From Ascidiella aspersa (lineage: Eukaryota): a stretch of 64,000 bases of DNA. A program made the position numbers and the translations under genes. The DNA is taken from assembly GCA_963924565.1 (NCBI GenBank), contig OZ004608.1, positions 37,882,001 through 37,946,000 of the forward strand, written 5' to 3'. The notes under the pieces are model-generated. The model made no database searches. It saw only the letters and a list, made by a program, of their open reading frames with translations, and had not been told where the DNA came from. Below, one piece after another: positions 25,336 to 38,861 of this stretch. Each line of letters starts with the position of its first letter. Position 1 is the first letter of the stretch.

Positions 25336-26340
25336 TTGCACAGTTCAGTTCACTAATAAACTTGGCTTCAACATTATAACCTAAATGAAATAGATCTTGA
25401 CACAGACTATAGACTAGAGATGATAAAACCGAAAACTGAAAGCCTTACACGCCACAGAAGATTCATCAGGTCGCCATTCTGTAAACATTATTTTTTAAAT
25501 TACCATAGTTCAATCATCATAGACTAAAAGAACACCTAGAAAATCTACTAAGTATTAATCTACTTGCAGCTCTAAGTTGACATCAAACTTACTTCTAACT
25601 ATGGAAAACTATTACCAATAAAATAAACTTTAGTGGACAAGCTAAATTCCACTCCCTACTCTAATTCAACAAGCTGCAGACATTGGTGTTCAGATAGATC
25701 TGCTATTTCCCAACAATGCACTTATGGAAAAACTTATTTTGCACAAGACTCTTTAAATCAAAAGCGTGGTCTTAAGAGCATGAATTTGGCTATAATTTTA
25801 AAATTCCAATTCTATGAAGATAAATCACTCAATCCAAACAAGAAACTATATCATGTCCCATGCAAGACCTTAATACCTAAATGTATCACAAGGTGGTATT
25901 GTGAATGTTGGCAAAACTACACTTGGTAAGCTACTTAATAACTTAATACCTCTGAAGTAAGTTATGTGTACTACTTTCATGCTGTGATAATGATTAAAAC
26001 GTCCAACGGCTTAAATCAACAAAATTACAGTATTACTGTTTAGAAAGTGGGTCTGGCTTGTTTGCATGGAACCCTAACAAGATGTATTTAAAGAGTTAAA
26101 GACCACTGAGCTCTTTTAAGATCCAATGGCAACAGGAAATTATAAAGTTTTACGCATAAATTAACAAAACTTGCATCGCATCATCATCATATTAACTAGC
26201 TAGACAAAACGTGAAAATTTACACTGAAATGAAATGATAACCAAAACATTTTTTTTTTCTAAATAAACATATTCAAAATTTGCTACAAACTTTATCATGT
26301 AATCAGTAGCATTTAACATCAACAGTTTTCCATTCAGATA

Positions 26341-27145
26341 TCATGCAGATGACTTATCTGATTCCATAGAAGCTTCAGGGAAAACTTCCTCCAATCCACG
26401 GTGAACAGAGTGATCTTGAAATAAATCTGGACAAAATCAATGCAAAGATTTTCAAACATAATTAGTTGCTCAAGTAAATTAAAAGAAGAAAAACCCATTT
26501 TTACCAGCATTGTCTCTTTGAAGGTGTTTAAATGATGGTTGTTTCCATAAGTATTGCAATTTAAGGTGCACCAAAGATGATGTTGAAAAAATCGTGACCG
26601 TTTAAATCCAGGGTTCTAAACTTTGTCCAGAAAAAAGTAGTTTTATGGACTACTTTTCGGGTCCATAAAGTCCTGGTGGAAATATTGGTGAATAATTTAC
26701 TATAACAAATGTTTTAAAAAAAGGTTTATTTTGAAAAACAATTTTCTTTTTTTTATTCGCGAAAAAAAGCTTGTTTTTAATACTAGTTGTTCTTAAAACA
26801 TTAATTTATGACAACGACCCTAGTACACGCACACACAAAGCCAACAACATTTATCAGAAAAAATTTAATACCTCATCTAAATCCATTGGAGCATAATGGT
26901 TGGAGGACATCGATGTTGAAAATAAATAAAGAGTTATTGGAAACAACCAAAATGATACCTACTTCTGTATGGGCTTTGATATTCTTATTACGTCATCTAA
27001 ATCCATTTCAAAAAATACAGTTGACAAGTTTTTTTAATAAATACAACAGCGAATAAAAATTACCTGGGGTCAATATTAATATTATTTGACCATCCAAATA
27101 CCAGACTTTCTTTACAGTAGACTTTTTTGGACGGATGTCTTCCAT
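26341..27145 (-). CDS. Candidate spliced small ORF (55 aa) or lncRNA
   Basis: Exon-like blocks 27624-27740, 27064-27154 and 26341-26426 with CAG|GTAATT donors and YAG acceptors. ATG at 27145 splices in phase to MEDIRPKK..LTPDLFQDH..SDKSSA*. No recognisable homology. Confidence 0.3.
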
Positions 27146-28488
27146 ATTTGAGTTCTGAAATAAAATAGTTAAACTAAAACATAAAAACTAAAGGGATACT
27201 GTGGTTCTTATAAATACACTGTCAATTTAATTAAGTTTTGTTGGTGGTTTGAATCGACACAAAACCATTTATTAAGAAGCCACACCATTTGCACAAAAGC
27301 TGCTATATTCAACATATAAGTTTGTGCATGGATATGTGTGTATATATTCAATAGTTGGCGCTTGTCTACAAACCTACCACCTTTTTTTGAAAAAGTTAGA
27401 GTGAGATTGAAAGGAAGGAATAATTAGAACAATAACATTTAACCCAACCAAGTCTGAACTCAAACTTGCACCCTAACCCAAAAACGTTCGCAATACAAAC
27501 CCTGGTCTAGAATCGTAGAATATTTGGCGATGGTCTAGAGAATCCTACCACAACGCACATTATGCGGGTTAGCGTTTGAGTGGGTAAACTAGTACATAGT
27601 ACTAACTAGACGTCAAAAATTACCTGGAATATCGGTTCTTCATACGTAGATCTGTTGGCACTCGTATAGAGAAGGGTAAATACAAAAGTTGTCGATATCT
27701 TCTGATTTTAAACACAGCCTTTCTTGCATTTTATGCAAACCTGTGAAGAGAAAAATGCAAGTAACATGTATTTTTTAAGCCCAACGGGAATTAAACAAGT
27801 CTCGTTAAATATCGTCTTGTGAAGGCAAAAAGACAAACCAGCATTTTATTTCCCGCCATAGTTTCTGGGCAAGTTAGGACACAAAATGGCGTCAATTTTG
27901 TCTAAAAATTCAAAACAACTTGTGCCTTTTGCGGCCTGTTTGTCTGCTAATAACCGGTTAAAAACAAATTAAATTGGGAGGCGAAAAACAAATTGATCTG
28001 TTAAATTACCAGATTTGCTTTTAATAAGTTGGAAGTAAGATTTGCTCTTCAATGAGCACTTCACCCAAATGCTGTGCTTGATATTATTTAACTTTTTTTT
28101 CTTGCTAGTCCGCTAACATTCAACTTGGAAAATTATTCTTTGAGTGAACACTTTGCAATTTACATGTCAGTCATGCAAGGTTTTATTTGAAATGTCACGT
28201 AAAAAATCAATTTGCTTTTCTCTAGCAAGTCCACTTAATGAATACTTCGAATGCACTAAAAACGCAAGACCTGTAGTGAGGAGTTTTAAACAACCAAGAA
28301 TGCGGCGTTGATTGCTGATTATTATTTTCCCGCGTGCCTCAAACGTGATTACAGGTTTGCAGCAATCAGTTAAACGCTGAGCGCTCATACACGCGCACGT
28401 ACACACGCGCGTAAAATGTATAAAACGTTTTAAATAAAGAATTGCAAGCTAGTGCCTGGTGAGACGGTTTTCGATTAGTTAGAACGGA

Positions 28489-29112
28489 CGGTGGTTCTTA
28501 ACCTTTGCTAACCTATCGAACCCCTATGTTATTCTGCAAGCTTTCGTTGAACTTCAAATTTTTCCATTAAAATGAGGCGGATCCAGGATTTGTGTTTGGA
28601 GGGAACATAAAAGTTTTCAGGGGAGACGTCACAAAGCTACGTTAAACATGACGTCATTAAACCTTGAAAACACCTGTTCTTCTTAAGCGAAGCTAAAAAG
28701 CCGGTATAACAAAATTAAAAAAATGGTTAAATTGGCAAACTTTCTAATGAAAAGGACACATGACGCCTAAGGCACATTGAAGATACGAATTTATCTTTAA
28801 ATAACGGCATTTATAGTTTAACTTAATAGAAGTTGCACTTTATAGTGTTTATGAGTCACAAGTCGCAACATGCCATATAGTATGTAGAGCGTTTATGGGA
28901 TGATTAGATTTTCTTTAAACGGACAAAAACATAGTAATAAGGGATCAAACTTTGCGCGGAGCACAAAAAATCGTTTTTACAAAGTTAAAGTTGACAAAAA
29001 CATAGTTTGGGAGAGGCCATGACCCATTTTACAACAACAATCGTTGATATAGCCTGGACATTCTCGCCGAACCCCTGAAACAGCTGCGTCGAACCCTGGT
29101 TAAGAACCACTG
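28489..29112. mobile_element. hAT/Charlie-like MITE (degenerate, possibly nested)
   Basis: TIRs CGGTGGTTCTTAACC / GGTTAAGAACCACTG; TSD not preserved. Confidence 0.6.
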
Positions 29113-29345
29113 ATTTAGAGGGACGGCAATACTAAGCAAATGACCTTATTTGGGTTTAACCATATTTGGGTTTACCCAGAGTAGATTGTACGCATTTCGA
29201 AAACGTCAAAGTCTGGCGTACACAACTCTGAATGGCTTAATCATGCAATATATAAAACTTATTTTACATAGGCAGCATACTAACTTTTATTTGATTGTTA
29301 AGCTCCTGGGAATATTGTTAGGGTCACACAGCGGTCACGTCAAGC

Positions 29346-30144
29346 CAGACTTGGACAACTAGATAATTCTAGCTTCCTAATTTAATACATTAGAGCAAAA
29401 TGCGGCTAATTCTAATTCTAATCTAATTTGTGAATTGCCTGGTTCTCAGTTGGAAACCAAAGAATTTTAATTAAAATTTTTGGTCAAAACGACTTGATGA
29501 ATTATACAGTCTACAATCCAAAAGGTATATAAATAGATAATGTGATTAGAACATATGCGATTTAAACTAAATTGATTGTGAGTAATTGTAAATGAAGGAT
29601 TCTAGTTCAAATTGTGGGGCACGAGTTTACAGTTGTTGAATTCCTGACTTCAATTTTAAGTTGCGTGCGTATACTTGTTAGCCGACCGCAATACTTCTGG
29701 TGATTAGAATTGTAATAGTTGATAAACGAACACCCAGTTAAACTATAGAGCGGCAATAATCAACACTGTAAACAGCACAGCACGACCACTAAGAAGAGAT
29801 CGTTTACAAGCGGAAAGCGGTCTTAAGTACACAAAATCCTGTGTTGACCGCACAGAGAAAATGCAAGCCAGTAAGCGCTTTACACTTTGGTGCGAGTAGA
29901 CAATAAATCTGGGGCATAAGCCGATACAGCGTAAATTGCACCGTAAACACAAAAGCTCTTAGTCGGTAATTAATCGTGCGCTCTACACTATACTCTATTT
30001 TTTAAGAATTTAGTAATTTTGGTTATAATCTAATATTAGAAAACTACAATCATCTACTTATCCTAATCTAGGTTTAAAAAATATTCTAATTTTAATTCTA
30101 ATCTGATTTTAAAAACCAAAAATAAATCTAATTGTCCAAGTCTG
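29346..30144. mobile_element. hAT-type MITE
   Basis: TIR CAGACTTGGACAACTAGAT / ATCTAATTGTCCAAGTCTG (18/19) with a perfect 8-bp TSD CGTCAAGC. Confidence 0.9.
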
Positions 30145-30758
30145 CGTCAAGCAGCACCTGACCGTTTGGATCGCTCAAGCTGCCAACATATTTCTCGCCA
30201 TGTTTTGTAAATTCGTTTGTTGAGCATAGAATTCGCAGAGTAGTGTCATTTTACCAAGTATGCCACAAAATGTTAATTACTACAATCTGATATGTACGCT
30301 ACTTAAAAGTGGGCAAAAAAATTAAGCACGGCAGGAGTGCTGAACACGTTGCACCCGTACAAATCACAAAGATTAGTTTAAAGAAATGTCATTTTATTTT
30401 ACTGGTAATAATGTTCATTTCCTCCGCCCAATAAGTGAGTAAATCATCGTTCTAACAGCAGAAATTGTTTTTATATTACTGTCTATATTTAAAATATAAA
30501 CTAATAAAATTACACAATATATAAACAAATAAAATTAAACAAAGACATAATTAGAAAGAAATGTTGAATTCAACAAATGCAGAAAATTAAGAAAAATATG
30601 CGTTTGTTTATACAGTGGTGCAATATTCGCCGGCCGGCGATATAAAAAAAAAATACGGCGAACATGAACGTTAAAAAGGATTATAACCAAAAAGTTCTCA
30701 AACATGATTGGATGGTTTTACGACAGAACAGAGGCCGTCATCTGTGCCCACTTCAAAT

Positions 30759-30926
30759 TTACTCAAATGGATTGGAATGAAACGGAACGAGTTTCCAGTA
30801 GTTTGAAGCATATGGACTCGAAATGACAAGTCTCCACCGTTTTTCATCAACGTTATAAGCAGAGATGCTTGCACTCGAATCGAAAGCGCTGAAAACAAAC
30901 AAATAAAGCAAAACGTGCCCCCTTTC

Positions 30927-30961
<35 letters not shown>

Positions 30962-33900
30962 TGAAATAACGACACTGTAGCCAGTAAACTACTCTACTCC
31001 TATTGCTTAGCATTTTTAGAACAAGGGGTCGTCCATATCTTTTGAAAGTTTTATAATAATTCCTCGTTTTTTACGCACGTTTTTGTATATGAGACAAGAA
31101 TCTCCCGACGAACAGCACAAGCATCACGGAACGGACCAAAAATTTGACGTTTACTCAGAAATGATGACTCGGCAGATTCAGGATCGTATTTCCTGATCGA
31201 AAGATGCCTAGCTTCTGAATAAGCAAAAACATATTGGTGTTTTATTCTTCGGGCGGTGGACCTAGACCCCAGAGCAGTGGTTCCCAAACTTTTTTTGCTC
31301 GCGACACACTAAAAATATCTTAAGTATTTCGCGACACACTTTAAACGGAACAACAACAGAGTCATTTTACAATCGCCCTTAACACACGGCAAACTATTTG
31401 TAAATATCTTAATATGATTAGGCTGTATTGGGTAGTGCGTATGTAAGTCGAAAATAATTGCGTGTATGCCTATTGGTAATACAAATAACTTATTTCCAAA
31501 ATTACAAAAAGTTTCGCCACACACTTGACAATCTCTCGAGGCACATTAGTGTGCCGCGGCACACAGTTTGGGAATCACTACCCCAGAGGGTATTTAAAAC
31601 CTTTTCCGGTAGGTCACGAAGTTTGAGAGAGGTGTAGTTATAATCATCGTTTTACACAACAATTTTAAAATCAAATGATTACAATGATTACCCTAATTTG
31701 TTTTAAGATAAAAATAAATAAACGAAACGAAGGCCACTAAATTCCACAAAAAGAAATAAGGGTAAGATACTTAAAAAAGTTAACAATACACTAATATATT
31801 GCTTATTAGTATCTGGGCTATAAGCGTGTGGAAAATTTAGATAAGTGGCATTTGTTCTGCATTTTTTATACGTTGGTCAGTTTTTCGTTAAAAATTAATC
31901 ATTACAATTGTTGCAATCCACCCACACCATGTAAATTGCTCAAAATAGAAGTAAACGACACAACGAAATATGTATTGTTGAAAGTGCAAATCGTTTGGCC
32001 ACCACTTAAATATCTTACTTTCACACAATGCGTACAACTGATCATCCATTGCCACAAGCTTAACACAACCATCGGGTAGTTTGTGCATTAATGTTGATGT
32101 TTCAGTAGTAGGGTCGTACTTCTCGCATGTCAAGGCTGTTGTATAATACATTGAATACAAAACACCTGTAATCATAAAATAAATACCAATCAGGGGCAAA
32201 CAGTCGAGGGACGACCAGCGCCGTTGCTGCCTTACAATGTGGGTCATATGTTTTCTGATAACGGCGAAAACCAAACAAACACTTTGGATGTTACGAAATT
32301 TCTGTTTTCCGCACGTGTAGTTTCACGAGGTGCAACGTTTAGATAAAAAGTATGCCGTTTAAAACACTACTTTCGCTGTCCGTAACAACACATTTTGGTT
32401 ACATGGTCATTGCCACATTCGTTTTATTATAACCATCGGCTATAACAAGATGCTTATACACGGACATGCAACATAATATACATAAGTGATTATTACCATG
32501 ATGAGTTCTTACATTTAGTTTAACGACGCAAAATTCAGGTATAGATTTCGCAAATTGTCGATCTTATTGCAGCGGTAATGAATTACCCTCGCCAGACAAC
32601 GGTATCAGTTAAAATTAAGCTAAGATGCACTCTATTTAACCTGGGAAACGCTGGTTTAGAATTAAACTGGTAAATATTTTATTTAACCAGGGCAACGCTG
32701 GGTATTTCGCCTAGTAAGAGAATAAATTTCTATCAATATTCTGGTACCTTTGCAAACTATAAGGTCAATGGGCAATTTTTCAGTTGTTTTCATTTCTGTC
32801 CATTCTTTTGCGTCTGCTTCTAATTGCATTTTCTCAGGTACATTGCTTACGGAATTTGTATCAACATCCCCATCAAATCCCCCGAATACAAAGATGGAAT
32901 CTAAGTGAAAACAAAAAGAAAAATTTAATACATAAAATCTTATATATCCTGGTTTGAGCTTACCGTTCAAAACAGCCACTCCAGCATTTCTGCGTTTGAT
33001 ATTTAACGAAGGTTGTTTCCAACTCTTGTTTGCGCATCTCAGGTCCATTTTTAGAACAGAGTCAGTCCTATTTTCCTCGTCGCTGATAAATCCACCGATC
33101 ATAAACAAGTAGTTCTTGTACATTACGAAACTGGTTTGAGTTCTTGTTACATCCAATTTCTAAAAAAAAAATTCCATGTAAAAAAGGCATTAATTAGAAT
33201 TGACACATGTTACACCGCTTACTGAAATTTCTTTTTCAACACCTTTCTTGATATCCAATAGTTTGACACTCGTCGAGTTTTCATTTATGGTTATTATGCT
33301 ATTATCAGGATCTGAGAAAAGGGAATACTGCTTTAAACTACCTTGATCATGTAACAACAAAATACATCTTTAACTAGAAAAAATAATTCAACATTCACAT
33401 TATAAATATTAGGTGCTAATTTTTATTTAAATTTAGCAAAATACTTACTGGGACCGAGAAAATATTTAAGGTGTTTTGAGAGATGAAGCCAACATTGCGG
33501 AAATAAGGTTACAAGCACCTGAAAACAAATAAATTCAAATAATAAAATATTAGGTCCAAGCAGTTCTTTCCTAGTGACAAATGTAGCGTAAAAATGGACT
33601 TGTTATTTACATTTGTATTTTACGCATCTAGGATTTACAAGCAACTTTTATAAATGTATTTATTACAACATCGTTCTCAATGCAATTGTTGCTAGTTTGA
33701 ACAAACACTCATATATAATATTTAACGTGTTTTACAAAAGTTAATTGTATTTAACCTGGTCTGCTACATCATAAGACAGAAAATCCGGATTCAGCAATTT
33801 CAAAGTAATCAATTCAAAAAGTTGTGGAAATAAATGTCTCCTTTCTTCCAAATCGTGTTTGACCCAAGCCACTGTGAATTGAAAAGCCCTTTCTTCACCT

Positions 33901-36900
33901 TTCGCCTTAAAATAATTCGTATATGGTAAAATGTACCCATTTAGAATCGAGTTTAAATCTTAAGACGTGCAAAATGCAATAACAATTAACTTGTCATACG
34001 TATTTTCGTCTTATTCCTATGAAGCTTTGAAAACAATTAGGGTCCATTGAGCAAATGTCTTCCGATCGAGGAAGACTGGCAAAGTTTTCCTTGAGAAATT
34101 TCTCACATATTTCAGTGTGTATCGTAATGTCCAATTGTTTAACATTTCGCCAAAGTTTTACAGCATTAGTAGAATCAAGCGATTCCCGTAAAAATGCAGC
34201 ACAGAAGTCAAGTATCCCTAAAAATGTATAATTCAAATATGTCATAGTTTTTGTCAGGGCTGGGGAGCCACCGCAAAATAGCATTAGCTCCGGCTCCAGC
34301 TCCGGAGTCGTAAAACATAATCCTTTGGCTCCGGCTCCAGCTCCGGAGTAGTAAAACTCATATCCTTTGGCTCCGGCTCCAGCTCCGGAGCCATCAAACA
34401 CACACCCAATGACTCCGGCTCCAGCTCCGGTGCCACCAGTCACTTATTCAATGGCAAGTTTGACAAATTGCTTTTGGCTAACTAACATTGGAGATGGAAC
34501 AAAATATAATTTCTTAGCTTTAGCACCACAAATTGAAAAATGGCTCCAGCTCCACAAAAATAATAAAAAGGGCTCCGGCTCCGGCTCCAGCTCCACAAAA
34601 ATAATAAAAATGGCTCCGGCTCCGGCTCCAGCTCCACAAAAATAATAACAATGGCTCCGGCTCCGGCTCTGGCTCCAGAGAAAATGCTTAGCTCCGAGCT
34701 CCGGGCTCCAGCTCCGGCTCCGGCTCCCCAGCCCTGGTTTTTGTGAAAGCTCTGTAAGGTACTGGACATTCTCCAATATTGCATCCATTTAACGCAACAT
34801 TTATTTAGCTCAACAAACGATCCTCGCTTAGCCTAACACAAGGTTATAGAACTTGCTGTCCCATGAGCGAAAATATGTGGCCTGTGACACGAATTCTCTG
34901 ACGAGTAAATTTATATCTCATTTAACAACACATATTAGTGATTATGTCGTGATCGAAATCGCAGTGGGTTTGGCCTCACAACTATCGCGACCATAAAATT
35001 GGCATTTGTTTAGCGTACGTGGGTAAACATTGTATTCCAACTGGGCTTACGCAACCTGAGCGAAATGAGCGTGCAGAGATTTTTATAGAGCAATATCTCT
35101 GAAAGTTGTGACAATACAGATTTGTACACAGCCCTTGTAATGGAAAAAGCTTTCAATTAAACACACTTTATGCAAAAATATTAAATTCATAAATATGAAT
35201 GTTAATATTCAGCGATATTCACCCTTAACTGTTAATACAACATGTTTAAACTTTACCGATATAAACTAGGAGGCAAAATTGTTGTACGAAAAATGAGATG
35301 TAATAACCTAGTTTTCTTTTAAATATTTAATGAAAACATTTTATTGTAACCCAAGTTATGTTTCCAAAATACTTTAGTTAAATCAAGTTATTTTGTCTAA
35401 AATATTCAGTCAACTCATATTTGGCCCATTGTCTAATTCAGACGCACATTTGGCCCGTTGGTATAAAAGTTGTTCACCCCTAGCCTTAAACAAAATTAAC
35501 AGTTACCAATCTTCATAAAATAAATTCCCAAGTGCATTACAGAGAATTGATTCCGCCTGGCGTTATTTGCTATCAGCGATACAAGACGACAAATTATGCT
35601 GCATATAGTTGCTAAACAAAACAGATGCATACCCTGAACGAGAAGATAATTTGCAGCAGCCAACAAAACGTGTAGGTTGTGAGAATCGATGGTAATTTCG
35701 GCGGAGTAGATGAATTCCAACACGTGTTCGAACGTTTCTGCTGTCAAGCCATTGACTTGGACCGTATCTTGGTATTTTTCCTTCATCTAATTAAGAACAG
35801 GGTTTTAAAAGCGTGTTCATACCGGGACCGTCGTTCTACCAATTGAGCTGCACATTCTCATAGAGGAGCAAGTCGTAAAACAACCATAGCACCGTTGCTG
35901 GCTGCAACCGGTTCGTAAAGTTAGTCTGTGGTGAGATTTGAACGGGTGACGGGATTTACAGTTTAGCAACTGAGCTAAGCAGTCTTAGGGGTTTAAAACA
36001 TTTAAGATTTTTAAGTCGATTTCGATATGAAATCCCAAAGAAAATTGGCAAAAATATACGTTTATTTTTTGCCAGAATTCATCACAGGTATAGCTCTCAG
36101 TTACATAACATATAGGAGTAAATATGATTAATAAAAAACTGGAGTATTCTCTGTTTACCTCTAAGTGGAATTGCTTCTCAAAATATTCAGAAACTTTCGA
36201 TAGAATCCATTTATGCGCATGAAATGTCTTGCCATCGCATTCCAACTGGATATCACAAGTTTGACTTCCAATTTTGCGATCCCTGCAAAACAACTCAATG
36301 GTAAGGATCCCAATATGACCTTTAAAATTGCTTATGCACTGCTGATCTATTCTGGTACATCAACGAATGGACTGAGGGCAATTACTTCTTTAATCCGATT
36401 AGGGATGTCCGATATCACCGGGTCGATACTAGGGTTGTATCGCCGTCGATCTAATACCAATTCAATAAAGGCATTTTATCGAGTAAATTTAATATAGGCA
36501 TTTTTTCGAGTAAATTTAATATAGGCATTTTTTCGAGTAAATTTAATATAGGCATTTCATCCGGTATTTTCGATTCACGCTGTGTTTTCTATCTCAGGTA
36601 AGTTTATTAAAAACGGGAAAATTAAGAATCAAAAGTAACTACGCTTCTTAACGCTTAAGCAAATTATGACCCAATAACCTGGAAACAATACCTTTCCCGT
36701 TTTTAATTTCTTAATTTTGCTTAATTGAATACAGGAATGACGTCATATGGTGAGCAGCGGACGGTTGTACGTTATACCAAAATACCGAGAATGGGTTGTG
36801 GAAAGAATATTAGGTGTTAAACAACTCTAGTTGCCAGAAAAACGATTCTGTTAGAATTCTTATACACGCAGAAGAGAACTAAGAGGACACCCTTTGCAGA

Positions 36901-36987
36901 CGCAAACCACATTTAAACTTTCTTTACTTACTCGTTAAGTTTTTCCAGAATGTTGTTTGATTGATTGTGATCAACGAACTTGGTCAT
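30759..36987 (-). CDS. BTB-BACK-Kelch (kelch-like) protein A, 12 exons, 540 aa
   Basis: Exons 36932-36987, 36159-36282, 35633-35786, 34000-34217, 33756-33905, 33449-33518, 33223-33311, 32964-33159, 32748-32900, 32019-32165, 31079-31214, 30759-30888. All GT-AG, phases close (1623 nt). BTB CDIQLECDGKTFHAHKWILS, BACK AWVKHDLEER, kelch LFMIGG and IFVFGG. Confidence 0.9.
30928..30958. repeat. (TA)n microsatellite in last intron of gene A
   Basis: About 15 TA units. Confidence 0.95.
31275..31580. mobile_element. hAT/Charlie-like MITE in gene A intron 10
   Basis: TIR CAGTGGTTCCCAAACT / AGTTTGGGAATCACTA; perfect 8-bp TSD CCCCAGAG. Confidence 0.9.
34255..34736. mobile_element. hAT-type MITE with internal GGCTCC/AGCTCC hexamer arrays, gene A intron 3
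   Basis: Perfect 15-bp TIR CAGGGCTGGGGAGCC / GGCTCCCCAGCCCTG; perfect 8-bp TSD GTTTTTGT. Confidence 0.9.
36469..36557. repeat. 27-bp minisatellite (about 3 copies) in gene A intron 1
   Basis: AGGCATTTTTTCGAGTAAATTTAATAT repeated. Confidence 0.9.
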
Positions 36988-37169
36988 GTTACATACACTA
37001 CAGTTTAGTTGAACCTAATCAGGAAATGCTAAAATATAGAAAGCGTCAACACAGTTGTAAATGGCCTTTAAGCAATTCGATGCCCTTGGTTTATAACTTA
37101 AATTTGACAAAAAAATAATGCCAGCCAGCCTGAGGTATCTTCTATACCCAAAGCATCACCAGCCTTAGA

Positions 37170-37420
37170 ACTGTCGCTACCAGCTGAGCCACGCAGGCTC
37201 AGAAGGAAACAAGTCGAGAAACATACAAACTGCCGTTGCCTGATGCATGCTATTTGTGAAACTAGCATGTTGTGAGGATCGAACTCACGACCACCGGCCA
37301 TACTTGGACCGTAGCTCTACCAACTGAGCCACACAGGCTCAGGGGGTAACAAGTCGCGAAACTAGAACTTTTTCGGCTGCATCCTGTTCAGAAGACTAGC
37401 TTGTGGCGAGATTCGATCAA
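37170..37420 (-). repeat. tRNA-derived ~140-bp tandem repeat (SINE-like); best unit 37265-37338
   Basis: Minus strand GCCTGTGTGGCTCAGTTGGTAGAGC..GTGAGTTCGATCCTCAC carries A and B boxes and D/T arms with an imperfect acceptor stem. CTGAGCC recurs at a 140-bp period; a related copy lies at 35820-35980. Confidence 0.7.
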
Positions 37421-38790
37421 TCAACTGTGCTGTAAAATTTACATGAGTATTATATAGTGATCAGACCTGTTAAAGTAGTACTGGCCAACGATTACGGCAG
37501 TCGTCGCAAACGTTATTTGTCGCTGTCCAAAATACTCTTCTAAAAGCTATTGAACGCTCACTATACGTAAAACTGGGGCAGATCCAAGATTTTTGTTTAA
37601 AACAATTAATCCTAAAAACCTGTTGTTTTTCAAAGCGGGCAAACCTAGCCTAATCGAGCGTAACGCGACAAAAGGGCATTGGTTGTTTTAAAATGGGGAA
37701 TCGTCGACTAAAAGGATAAATATAATAATAACGTATGAAACATATAATGTTCATTTACACGACGCAAGTATATATTTTTTTTTTACACGACGCAAGTGCA
37801 AGTTACACGGCGCAAGTATACTGCTTGTGGGCTGGATCGAATCAATTAAAACTGAAAAACGTTAGTGTAAAACACGAAAAACACGTATTTACACTGTGAA
37901 AATTGGCTAAAAGTACAATTTGGGGACCATCGCCTGGTGGCTCTATGAGGCAAAAGCCTAAATAAAAACTCTTAGCCACGCGATTTAAAACAATAGTACA
38001 ATAAATGTACTGTAGGACTATCATGCGGTGCACAACCACATAATAAAAGTAAAACCAAATAATGGCTTACAGCCCACTTATAATTGCTCGAAGGCCCACT
38101 TTTGGACCAAGGCCCACAGTTTGCCGGCCACTAGATTACGGCATACTTCTAATAAACTTCGTGCCTTTCGACACTCAACTAAACAGTGCGAGCACTATTA
38201 ACGAGGCCATGCAGTCATATCCATTATTTAAGTACACTATTTAGGTTTTGTCTGCAGGTTAGATTTTAAAGTAGATTATGACTTAACATTAATGTTCATC
38301 ATTACAACAATTCGTTTTAAATTGCTGTGTAAGTGTATTACTCTGATTAACGTTGAAAAACCTATTCTGGATAGCACTTATACCTTCAGAGATATTAAAT
38401 GTTTAACTTCCAAAGCTGCAGCAGTTGCTTGCCTTCCCTATTGTCAACAAACCAGAGTTTTCAGAAGGTTTCAAACGAAACCAAAGTTTCGCATTTGCGA
38501 GCCAATGTTGGCGAAGTCATTCAAGCGAGACCGCCGTAACGCTCCACTGATCACAGGTGTATTTCTTTACCAGCTAAACTTCGCATTCTATTTTCTACAA
38601 CAGGATAAGTTTTCAAATGTGGAAAATGCATTAAGACGCAAGTGCTGATCGTATACGCAATGATAAAACCCTCATGTATAGCCTTTTACACCAATGGTTC
38701 CTAACCTTTTAGCGGCGCTCTTTCACTTATGTACGTGAAAAGTTATGCAAAAAACAAAACAAAATAATACCGCATACCACAACGCATATT

Positions 38791-38861
38791 GTTTGGGTGA
38801 GGGTGGGTCAAGTAATATTATGGTTATTATTAATAATAACTTGACCCACCCTCAACCAAAC
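38791..38861. repeat. Short inverted repeat / collapsed MITE
   Basis: GTTTGGGTGAGGGTGGGTCAAGT / ACTTGACCCACCCTCAACCAAAC (22/23) around an AT spacer. Confidence 0.8.

Noticed and set aside
33994-34788. Gly-Ala / Ala-Pro / Glu-Pro repeat ORFs (silk- or collagen-like)
   Set aside because: They are translations of the hexamer arrays inside the TSD-flanked MITE; only 34000-34217 is a real exon.
36469-36557. CRISPR-like array
   Set aside because: Head-to-tail repeats without spacers in a eukaryotic intron; a simple minisatellite.
37265-37338. Functional tRNA gene
   Set aside because: The acceptor stem has mismatches, the anticodon arm is atypical, and the unit is part of a tandem repeat.
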